64,000 nucleotides of DNA. It comes from Polyangiales bacterium (GTDB lineage: Bacteria > Myxococcota_A > Polyangia > Polyangiales > Houyiibacteriaceae). The notes beneath the pieces were generated by a model. It was not told the DNA's origin. It did not search any database and worked only from the letters and a program-made list of their open reading frames with translations. Below are positions 19,526 through 27,960 of the stretch, piece after piece (position 1 is the first letter of the stretch; each line of letters starts with the position of its first letter). Location: assembly GCA_045106895.1 (NCBI GenBank), contig JBGCFM010000092.1, positions 1-64,000 on the forward strand, given 5' to 3'. The position numbers were made by a program, and so were the translations under genes.

Positions 19526-20523
19526 GCGGCGACAAGAAGAAGGGCCTTTCCATCGAGGCTCGGGTCGGCCTCCTCGTGCTCGTCGCCCTCGGGCTCCTAG
19601 GGGCGTTCGTGTTTGTGCTCGGCGACGTGACCCTCGCGGAGCAGTACACCATCTACGTCGACTACGAGAACCCGGGCAACGTACAGCCTGGAGCCCCCGT
19701 CAACATCGGCAGCATACGCATCGGCAAGGTCGAGCAAATCGAGTACCGCGGGCAGCGCCTGGACCCTCAGACGGGTCGGCGCCCAATGATCCGAATGATG
19801 CTTCAGATCGACGAAGAGGTACGCGACACGATCCATGAGGACGCGCTCTTCTATGTGGCGAGCCAGAGTGTTCTCGGCGAGTCCATCATCGCCGTCGACC
19901 CGGGAACGCCGGAGCGCGAACCCCTCGATGACGGCGCCATCGTCGAGGGCGTCGACCCACCGCGACTCGAGCTGGCCCTCGGCATGATGTACGAACTCCT
20001 CGAGGGGATGACCCGCCTGATTCGCGACAACCGCGAGGAACTTCAGACGCTTCTGGCGGCGACGGCCAACATCATTCGCCGTCTCGACGGACTCCTCGAA
20101 GGCGAGAGTCCACGTATCCAGCGCATCCTCGAAGATGTGGAAACCGCGATGCAACAGTCAAACGAGCTGCTCAGCACCGCGAATCGCAGCATGAACCGGC
20201 TCCCTCGCGTCGTCCGAAACCTCGACTCGACGCTCGCCGTCGTCGCCGAGAACATCGACCCGCTTATGCAGGACACACGGGAGCTCGCCGCCGAAGCCGA
20301 CGAAGCCCTCGACGTGCTCGGCCCGGAACAACGGGCAAGCATCCAGCGCCTCATCACCGGCGCCGATCAGACCGTCCGAAGCGCGCAGGTGATCGTGAAC
20401 CAGATCCGTTCGGGAGAAGGAAGCGTCGGCGCGTTCATCATGGACGAAGAACTCTACGACGACGTTCAAGAGCTCGTGCGCGACCTAAAGCACAACCCTT
20501 GGAAACTGTTCTGGCGCGAGTAG
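19522..20523 (+). CDS. MCE/MlaD-domain protein with coiled-coil tail
   Basis: N-terminal TM (VGLLV), GAPVNIGSIRIGKV, SVLGESII..PG, a helical region and GEGSVGAFIMDEELY. Confidence 0.9.
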   Translation: MSGDKKKGLSIEARVGLLVLVALGLLGAFVFVLGDVTLAEQYTIYVDYENPGNVQPGAPVNIGSIRIGKVEQIEYRGQRLDPQTGRRPMIRMMLQIDEEVRDTIHEDALFYVASQSVLGESIIAVDPGTPEREPLDDGAIVEGVDPPRLELALGMMYELLEGMTRLIRDNREELQTLLAATANIIRRLDGLLEGESPRIQRILEDVETAMQQSNELLSTANRSMNRLPRVVRNLDSTLAVVAENIDPLMQDTRELAAEADEALDVLGPEQRASIQRLITGADQTVRSAQVIVNQIRSGEGSVGAFIMDEELYDDVQELVRDLKHNPWKLFWRE

Positions 20524-20536
20524 CCTTGCCCGGCGG

Positions 20537-21067
20537 CTAGCCCGCATCCATTGGACCGGCGTCCATGGGACCCGCGTCCGTTCCCGCATCCATCGGCGGA
20601 CCGGCGTCCGTGCCTGCGTCCATCGGCGGCCCCGCGTCCGTGCCCGCATCCATCGGCGGACCGGCGTCCGTGCCCGCGTCCATCGGCGGACCCGCGTCCG
20701 TGCCCGCGTCCATCGGCGGACCCGCGTCCGTGCCCGCGTCCATCGGTGGACCCGCGTCCGTGCCCGCGTCCATTCCCGGGCCCGCGTCCATTCCGGGCCC
20801 GGCGTCCATCCCAGGACCGGCGTCGACGCCAGGGCCGGCGTCCACACCCGGGCCCGCGTCCATACCGGCTGCGCCATCGACGCCCGGACCACCATCCTGA
20901 CCAACGGGAGGCTCACCCATGATCCCGGTGAGATCGGTGGAACAGACGCCCGCCACACAGGCGAGTCCCACGGCGCACTGGACTGTGCGTACACACCCCT
21001 CGCCGGCCACGGACGGTTCTTGTCCACCACACGCCGTCAAAAGCGTAAGAAGAAGGAGGGCTCGCAT
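20537..21067 (-). CDS. Small Cys-rich lipoprotein with DAG-repeat tail
   Basis: Lipobox LTAC, C..C..C..C motif, then PGxDAG and DAGPPMDAGT repeats. Confidence 0.75.
   Translation of the reverse strand: MRALLLLTLLTACGGQEPSVAGEGCVRTVQCAVGLACVAGVCSTDLTGIMGEPPVGQDGGPGVDGAAGMDAGPGVDAGPGVDAGPGMDAGPGMDAGPGMDAGTDAGPPMDAGTDAGPPMDAGTDAGPPMDAGTDAGPPMDAGTDAGPPMDAGTDAGPPMDAGTDAGPMDAGPMDAG
20540..20880. repeat. Coding tandem repeats: six ~30-bp units plus several 18-bp units
   Basis: A unit like CCGGCGTCCGTGCCCGCGTCCATCGGCGGA repeats across ~20580-20760, and 18-bp units span ~20770-20865. Confidence 0.9.
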
Positions 21068-21232
21068 GTCTGGATCCTATCACGAGCGCGGCATTCTCCA
21101 GAGAGTGGGATAAACCTAAGCAATACCGCTTAGTTTCAACGTTGACAGGCCAAAAACGTCGCTGCTAGACTTCGCGTGCCAGCGTGGGCTTCCGCCCCAA
21201 CCGCCCAGAACGGGCCCAAAGGTAACGCCAAG

Positions 21233-21982
21233 ATGTCCGAGCAAAAGGAATCCTCCGTACTTTTCAATCTCAAGGAGCTCATGGGCCTTGAGGAAGATCG
21301 TATTCAAGACGAAGAGGCTGAAGCGGCGGCGAAGATCGCCGAAGAAAAGCGCCTCGCCGAAGAAGCTGAGCGCACCAAGCGTGAAGCCGCCGAAGCCAAG
21401 GTTCGCGCCGAAGAGGAGGCCGTAGCCGCCGCCGAGCGAGCCAAGCGCGAAGAAGAAGAGCGTGTCATTCGCGAACGCGAAGAAGCTGCTCTCCGTGTCC
21501 GCCTTGAAGAAGAAGCGCGCGCACGTTCCGCCGAGCAGGAACGTCTCCTCGCTCATGAGCGCCAGCTCGCCGAGGTGAAGGCCAAGCAAAAGAAGGGCAT
21601 CCCGCCCGCCGTTATCGCCGGACTCGTCGTCCTGCTCATCGGTGCGAGCGCCGGCGTCTACTTCGGCGTCATCAAGCCCAACGCCGAAGCCGCCGAGCTC
21701 GCCGTTCGTACAGAGCGTGAAGCACGCGAACGTCAGGAAGCCGAAGCCGCTCAGGCGCGCCAAGAAGCAGCAGAGCAGGCCCGCCTCGCTCGCGAAGCTC
21801 AGGAAGCCGCCGCACAAGCTCAGCGCGAACAGCAGGCAGCACTCACTGCTGCCGAGACCGCCGCAGCTGCAGCACCTTCCCCTACGCGACGAACGCGTCG
21901 CCGCCGTGCGACGATGAGCTCATCGATGATGAGCAGAAGCGCGGACACCAACGACCCGTTGGCCGGTCTCGACGGACTCTGA
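21233..21982 (+). CDS. Single-TM coiled-coil (E/A/R-rich) protein
   Basis: Long charged helical stretch, central TM (VIAGLVVLLIGASAGVYFGVI) and a second coiled coil. Confidence 0.8.
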   Translation: MSEQKESSVLFNLKELMGLEEDRIQDEEAEAAAKIAEEKRLAEEAERTKREAAEAKVRAEEEAVAAAERAKREEEERVIREREEAALRVRLEEEARARSAEQERLLAHERQLAEVKAKQKKGIPPAVIAGLVVLLIGASAGVYFGVIKPNAEAAELAVRTEREARERQEAEAAQARQEAAEQARLAREAQEAAAQAQREQQAALTAAETAAAAAPSPTRRTRRRRATMSSSMMSRSADTNDPLAGLDGL

Positions 21983-22039
21983 GCCTTCTGTCTGGCGCTT
22001 CGCACTTCGCGAACCCGAGCAAAACCTGAAAAGAACGCC

Positions 22040-22747
22040 GTGACGCAGCACTCACTATCAGCACGTGAGCGCCTTGCGTTCGCGCTGGACGTGCCAAATG
22101 CCGAGTCAGCGGAGACTTGGCTCGACACGCTGGCGCCCTCCGTCGGGCTCTTTAAGGTTGGTCTTGAACTGTTCACCGCGTGTGGCCCGGACGTTGTCCG
22201 TCTCGTGACCGCACGGGCTGCATGCTTCCTCGATCTCAAACTCCACGACATCCCCGCAACGATGGCGGGCGCAGCCCGCTCCGCCGCGCGCTTAGGTGTC
22301 CGATATCTCACCGTCCACGCCTCCGCTGGACCGGCGGCGCTTGAAGCCACTCTCGAGGCCCTCGAAGGCTCTTCGACACAGCTACTCGCCGTCACGGTAC
22401 TCACCTCCATGGACTCCCAGGAGCTCAACGCATGTGGAGTCGAGGGCGAGCCCGAGGACCAAGTTCTTCGCTTGGCATCCATGGCCACCCAAGCCGGTGT
22501 GAGCGGCTTTGTCTCCTCTCCTGGGGAAGCCGCCACACTGCGAACTCACTTCCCCAAGTCCGTCTTGGTGACGCCAGGCATTCGGCCCGAAGGCAGTGAG
22601 CGGGGTGATCAACGCCGTGCGGCGACGCCTTCGGCGGCGATTCGAGCGGGCGCCGATGTTCTCGTCGTCGGGCGGCCTATTCGTCTTGCGGAAAACCCCG
22701 TCGCGGCAGCCGCGAGCATCCTCGCAACGATAGAGGCAGAACGATGA
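22040..22747 (+). CDS. pyrF: Orotidine-5'-phosphate decarboxylase
   Basis: ALD, KVGLELF, FLDLKLHDIPAT, VTVLTS, VTPGIRP, DQRR and VVGRPI. Confidence 0.96.
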   Translation: MTQHSLSARERLAFALDVPNAESAETWLDTLAPSVGLFKVGLELFTACGPDVVRLVTARAACFLDLKLHDIPATMAGAARSAARLGVRYLTVHASAGPAALEATLEALEGSSTQLLAVTVLTSMDSQELNACGVEGEPEDQVLRLASMATQAGVSGFVSSPGEAATLRTHFPKSVLVTPGIRPEGSERGDQRRAATPSAAIRAGADVLVVGRPIRLAENPVAAAASILATIEAER

Positions 22748-23589
22748 GCACAAAGAGGCGGGGTCGCGGCGAACGAGGAAAACCTGCGCACGGCCAGAAG
22801 GACCACGCGCGCCGAGGCCGGGAGCGTAGCGGTCAAGAACGCGGTCGCGGCCGAGGTTCACGCAAAGGCCCGGAGGCAGGTCACTGTGTGGTCGGACGCC
22901 GCTTCGTCGTCGAGGCCATTCGCGGTGGAACCGTCGAGCGTATTTTTGTACACGACGCACTCCGCGAGAAGATCCCAGACCTCATTCAGCTCGCCGAAGA
23001 GGCCCCGAACATCGCCCTCGTCTTCGAATCGTTGGAGCATCTCGACGCCCGCGCCGACGGCATCAAACACCAAGGTGTCGTCGCCTTCGGCCCTCCCTTT
23101 CCGTTCGCTACCCTCGATGACCTTCGAGCGCACGACGCTCCCTTGCTCATCGCCCTCGACGAAGTTCAAGACCCACACAACCTGGGTGCCATCCTTCGGA
23201 GCGCACTCGCCTTCGGCGCCGAAGGAGCCATCCTTCCCGTCCACCGGAGTGCCACCGTCACCCCCACCGTCGTCCGTGCTTCTGCCGGCGCCTCTGAGCG
23301 TCTCCCCATCGCACGCGTCACGAACCTTCAGCGCAGCCTCCAAGACCTCGACCAGGCCGGCATGGACGTCGTTGGCCTCAGCGCAGACGGGGACGTAAGC
23401 ATCGACGCGCTCGGGGCGGCTCCTCTAGGCCGAGTACTCGTCGTCGGGTCCGAAGGCACAGGCCTCCGGCGCCTCGTTCGACAGCGGTGCACTCGAATGG
23501 CGCGCATTCCGCAAATGAGCGGCTTCGATTCGCTCAACGCTTCGGTCGCGGCTGCGCTTGCGCTCTACGAAGCATCGCAGACACGCTAA
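22744..23589 (+). CDS. rlmB: 23S rRNA (Gm2251) 2'-O-methyltransferase, SpoU family
   Basis: HQGVVA, LDEVQDPHNLGAILRSA, ASAGA, GSEGTG and SLNASVA. Confidence 0.92.
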   Translation: MSTKRRGRGERGKPAHGQKDHARRGRERSGQERGRGRGSRKGPEAGHCVVGRRFVVEAIRGGTVERIFVHDALREKIPDLIQLAEEAPNIALVFESLEHLDARADGIKHQGVVAFGPPFPFATLDDLRAHDAPLLIALDEVQDPHNLGAILRSALAFGAEGAILPVHRSATVTPTVVRASAGASERLPIARVTNLQRSLQDLDQAGMDVVGLSADGDVSIDALGAAPLGRVLVVGSEGTGLRRLVRQRCTRMARIPQMSGFDSLNASVAAALALYEASQTR

Positions 23590-23734
23590 ACCGCCCAGAG
23601 TCGGCGTATCGCCCTCCACTCAGCTCGTCCCGCCGGCGATGACGCCGTAAACACGCGTAATTCCCCACCTTGGCTCACGAATGGGTCGCTTTTGTGTGTC
23701 ATGGGCGGCGATGTGTGTGCATGATCGAGGCCGC

Positions 23735-25089
23735 ATGAGTCGAAAATACTTTGGGACAGATGGTGTACGAGGCCTGGCAAACGCGGGAACGATGACGCCC
23801 GAGATGGCGATGCGCATTGGCGCCGCGGTTACGTATCAAGCAAACAAGCGCGTCGCCCACGCGCCGCGCGTTGTCATCGGCAAAGACACTCGCTTGAGTG
23901 GATACCTCTTTGAGTCCGCCATCTCCGCGGGCGTATGCGCGATGGGCGGCCGGGTCATGCTGAGCGGGCCTTTGCCCACGCCCGCCATCGCGCATCTTAC
24001 GACGAGCATGCGGGCCGACGTCGGCATCGTCATTTCCGCGAGCCACAACGCCTACCAAGACAACGGAATCAAACTTTTCGGCGGTGATGGCTTCAAGCTT
24101 CCAGACGAAGAAGAGCTGGAACTCGAAGCGCTCCTCGACGGCAGCATTCTCGACAGCGATCGGCCGACCAAGCTCGACGTCGGCCGCGCCGAACGACTCG
24201 ATGACGCGCCGGGTCGCTACGTTGCCTACGTAAAGAGCACCTTCCCGTCGAACCGCAACCTCGAAGGCATGCGCATCGTCATCGATGCCGCACACGGCGC
24301 CGCCTACAAGACCGCGCCCCTCGTCTTCTCCGAACTGGGAGCCGCCGTGTTCCCCATTGGCGTGAGTCCGAACGGCCGCAACATCAACGACAACGTGGGT
24401 GCACTTCATCCGGAGACATGTGCGGAAGCCGTCCTTCGACATCGTGCTCACATTGGCATCGCCCTCGACGGCGACGCAGACCGACTCATCGTCGTCGACG
24501 AAAAGGGTCAGACCGTCGACGGTGACGCGCTGATGGCTCTATGTGCCTCGCGCCTCATGAAGCAGGGCGCGCTGAAGAAGAACACGCTCGTTGCTACGGT
24601 CATGAGCAACCTTGGTCTTGAACGCGCCATGAAGGACGCCGGCGGCACGCTAGTACGCTGCGCCGTGGGAGACCGCTACGTTGTCGAAACCCTCCGCAAG
24701 TCGGGCCTGAACCTTGGCGGCGAACAGAGCGGTCACCTCGTGTTCTTGGATCACGCCACCACCGGCGACGGCCTTGTTGGCGCGCTCCAGCTGCTTTCGC
24801 TACTCATCGAATCTGAAGAGCCACTGTCTGTGCTGGCCAAGCGGTCCATGACGCGGGTGCCACAGATTCTCGTCAACCGCGTCTTCGAGGAGCGAAAGAA
24901 GCTTGAAGACATGCCCAAAGCCCTGACAGAGATCGCAAAGGTGGAAGGTGAACTCGGCGAGAGTGCCGTGTCCTCGTGCGCTGGAGTGGAACCGAGCCCA
25001 AGCTACGCGTGATGCTCGAAGGACCTGACGCTGCGAAGATCGAGGCGATGGCCAATCAAATCATGAACGAGGCCGCGAAGGACCTCTAG
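23735..25089 (+). CDS. glmM: Phosphoglucosamine mutase, with a 1-nt frameshift at ~24965 as given
   Basis: [29 protein letters not shown] and GGEQSGH. The in-frame ORF stops at 25012, while the conserved tail [19 protein letters not shown] continues in another frame to TAG at 25089. Confidence 0.92.
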
Positions 25090-25115
25090 ACGCGCGCAGC
25101 ACGCCTCTCCCCTCC

Positions 25116-26042
25116 CTAGGGCATCAGAGAGACACGCTCCGGCTCGACGAGAAGAACCACTGCTCCCTCCGGCAGGCCTGCAATACGCACCGGCATGGTG
25201 CCGCTCTCATCCACTTCCGCCGCGTCAACGCTCGCCACCAAGTCGGCGGCGTCAATGCCATCGACGATGCTAGGCATCCCTTCCACCGTCACGCTGACGC
25301 GCGACGGTGTCGTCGCTGCGTCCCCCTCGACACGCACTTCGACTCCTGGGATCAGCCGCTCCGTGCGGTCCGGCACGACCATGAGGGTCACCGTCACTTC
25401 TTCGTCGGCGTAACGGGTGTTCCTCGGTGGACGCATCAAACGAACACGAATCTGGTGCTCGCCTGCGCTCAGACCGCTCAACTCGACTGGCTCCGTCTGA
25501 ATCGTACGTAGACGGTCCACTTCAGCCTCGGGTCCGCTGACTTCGATGGAGGCGGGTTCGACACGAGGAGGTTCGCCCAACACAAACCCCTCCGGCGGCT
25601 CACGAACCACGCGTGGCTGAACGGGCAAGGGTCGCTCGACACGGCGCGCCCACTCAAGTGGCACCGACGACGGAGCTACCTGCGTGATTGTCAGACCCGC
25701 GGGGATGTCGAAGTCGTCATCCGCGAAGTAGTAGTAGCGTTGACCTGTATCCGTCAGGTCCATCACCACGGGCTCGATGTCGCCGATGGAATTGATCTGC
25801 GAGTGCGAACCTCGCAGCGTCAGCCGAACCTGGTCGGGTGGCTGGCTGATGAGCATCATTCCGTCGGTGGGGAGGCTGGCCGTCACGTTGACGTAGACGG
25901 AACTCAGCTCGTCCTCGGCGCCGCGCACCACAGAAAAGAGAATCAGCGAGATCCCCAGGGCGACAACCTTCAGCCAAATATTGCGAGAGAAGAACTCGCG
26001 AAGAGCGTTCCAGAGCATCGTAGGTAGTGATCGCGGCTTCAC
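25116..26042 (-). CDS. cdaR: YbbR-domain protein CdaR
   Basis: N-terminal NIWLKVVAL TM, repeated beta-rich YbbR-like units (VEP..VSGP) and overlap with cdaA. Confidence 0.85.
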   Translation of the reverse strand: MKPRSLPTMLWNALREFFSRNIWLKVVALGISLILFSVVRGAEDELSSVYVNVTASLPTDGMMLISQPPDQVRLTLRGSHSQINSIGDIEPVVMDLTDTGQRYYYFADDDFDIPAGLTITQVAPSSVPLEWARRVERPLPVQPRVVREPPEGFVLGEPPRVEPASIEVSGPEAEVDRLRTIQTEPVELSGLSAGEHQIRVRLMRPPRNTRYADEEVTVTLMVVPDRTERLIPGVEVRVEGDAATTPSRVSVTVEGMPSIVDGIDAADLVASVDAAEVDESGTMPVRIAGLPEGAVVLLVEPERVSLMP

Positions 26043-26983
26043 GAAACAGAGTCCTCTGCTCGAGACGCTGCAAGCTCACCGCTCGGCTCTCGCTCCTCCG
26101 GCTGTTCGGGTAGAACGCTGAGCCGCTCCTCCGTCTTCTTCTTTTTCTTCTTTGCGTCTTTCTTCGCCTCGGGCTTTCGGTAGAAGAGACCGAAGAGCGC
26201 ATCACGAAGCGCCGAGCCGTCCAGGCCGCGAACGATATTGCCGCCAAAGCAAAGGGAGATAGCCCCCTTTTCTTCGCTCACGACGACGACGACTGCGTCG
26301 GTTTCTTCGCTTATCCCGAGCGCCGCACGGTGACGGGCGCCCAGCGTCCGGTCGCGGCCCGCGGTGCCGGCCAAGGGAAGGAACGCACCAGCCTGCCAAA
26401 CCCGACCGTCGCGGATGATCAATGCGCCGTCGTGCATCGGGTTTTCGAAGCTCGGGATAAAGATGGTGTAGAGGAGCTCCTTTGTGACGTTCGCGTCCAG
26501 CGTCGTTCCGCTCTCGATGAACTCGCTCAGCTCAGCCGAGCGTTCGAACACAACCAACGCGCCAATGCGCTTCTGCGCTAGCTCCTGTGCGGCTTTGATG
26601 ACCTCTTCAATGACGCCAGTCTCGCGCGCCGTTCGCTGGCCTCGGAAAAACTGCTGGCTTCCGACTCTCATCAGCGCGCGACGGATGTCCGCCTGAAAGA
26701 TGATCACCACGACTAGAACAACGTAGGTGACGAGCGTGTCGAGGAGGGACCAGATGGTGATGAGACCAAGGCTCTTTGACACCATGTACGCGAGGAAGAC
26801 GAAGAGCAGACCGAACGCCATCTGCATGGCGCGCGTTCCTTTTAGAAGAAGAAGCCCCCAGTACACGACGGCGGCGACGAGGAAGATATCGAGAAGATCG
26901 AGTCCCACCGAGAGCGCGCTGCGCTCAAAGAAGTCACTGACGCTATGCGCCATCCCGCTGAGTGTCTCCCCCACCGGCGTCAC
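26039..26983 (-). CDS. cdaA: Diadenylate cyclase CdaA (membrane DAC)
   Basis: Three TMs, KGTRA, IFQ.DIRRAL, IGALVV and catalytic HDGA and RHRAA. GTG start overlaps the folP stop, with AGGAG upstream (alternative ATG at 26953). Confidence 0.93.
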   Translation of the reverse strand: MTPVGETLSGMAHSVSDFFERSALSVGLDLLDIFLVAAVVYWGLLLLKGTRAMQMAFGLLFVFLAYMVSKSLGLITIWSLLDTLVTYVVLVVVIIFQADIRRALMRVGSQQFFRGQRTARETGVIEEVIKAAQELAQKRIGALVVFERSAELSEFIESGTTLDANVTKELLYTIFIPSFENPMHDGALIIRDGRVWQAGAFLPLAGTAGRDRTLGARHRAALGISEETDAVVVVVSEEKGAISLCFGGNIVRGLDGSALRDALFGLFYRKPEAKKDAKKKKKKTEERLSVLPEQPEEREPSGELAASRAEDSVS

Positions 26984-27864
26984 GCGACGTCTCCTGCTTC
27001 TCCGCGAAGTGCCAAGGCAATGAGAGCGGCCTGCCGCATCATCGCGATGTCGTGAACGCGAATAGCCGCTGCCCCCTGCTGAACTGCAAGTGCAACGGAG
27101 GCTGCTGTACCCCCCAATCGCTCGCTCGTTGCTGGCTTGGTCGCATTCGCGTTTGGCGCGAGCGCAGCAATGAAGGACTTTCGTGAGGAGCCCACGAGAA
27201 CTCGATGGCCGGTGTCGACGAGACGGGAGAGCGACCCAAGCACAAGCGCACACTGATGTGGTGTCTTCGCGAAACCAATTCCGGGGTCCAACCAGATCTT
27301 ATCCGAGCGAACTCCGACACGAGTCGCGCGGGATACCGCCGCCAAGAGCTCCGAGCGCACATCCTCCACGACGTCATCGTAGCGCGAGTTTTCGTCCGTG
27401 ACCTCTCCGTGGTTTCGGTTGTGCATCAACACAAGCTCAGCGTCATGTGAAGCCACCGCTTGAAGGAGTTCCTTGGATGCGCCGCACGACACGTCGTTCA
27501 CGATGGCGGCACCCTGGCTCAGGCACGCGCTCGCAACTTCTGCCTTCACCGTATCGATGCTCACCCTCGCGCCGACTCGGACGAGCTGCGACACAACGGG
27601 AAGCACCCGTGACAGCTCCTCGGCGGCCCCGACGTGAGCATAACCTTCGCCGTAGGTGCCTTTCGGCCTCGTCGATTCGCCACCGACGTCGATCACGTCT
27701 GCGCCCTCGACCAGCATTCGCTCCGCTCGTGCGAGAGCGGAGTCCTGCTTGTCGTGCTGCCCACCATCGCTGAAAGAGTCCGGCGTCACATTAAGGACGC
27801 CCCACACCTCGCAGCCTGTATGGACATTAGTTTTGGGTGTCGAGATCACGGCACCCCCAGCCAT
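26980..27864 (-). CDS. folP: Dihydropteroate synthase
   Basis: GVLNVTPDSFSDGG, IDVGGESTRP, DPGIGFAK, GSSRKSF and IRVHD. Confidence 0.96.
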   Translation of the reverse strand: MAGGAVISTPKTNVHTGCEVWGVLNVTPDSFSDGGQHDKQDSALARAERMLVEGADVIDVGGESTRPKGTYGEGYAHVGAAEELSRVLPVVSQLVRVGARVSIDTVKAEVASACLSQGAAIVNDVSCGASKELLQAVASHDAELVLMHNRNHGEVTDENSRYDDVVEDVRSELLAAVSRATRVGVRSDKIWLDPGIGFAKTPHQCALVLGSLSRLVDTGHRVLVGSSRKSFIAALAPNANATKPATSERLGGTAASVALAVQQGAAAIRVHDIAMMRQAALIALALRGEAGDVA

Positions 27865-27960
27865 GGGCCCCTCCTAGGGGGATTAGTACCTGATTTCGCA
27901 CCGTGGCGGGCAAAAATCCTTTACTTTCGGCCACTCGAGGCCGGTGGCATCACGGAATCC

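Noticed and set aside
20540..20880. Regular ~30-bp repeats as a possible CRISPR array
   Set aside because: The units are contiguous with no unique spacers, their lengths are multiples of three, they vary at synonymous positions within an ORF, and no cas genes are present.
23735..25089. Calling glmM a pseudogene or a programmed frameshift
   Set aside because: There is only one lesion, all other motifs are intact and there is no slippery sequence; a sequencing error is more parsimonious.
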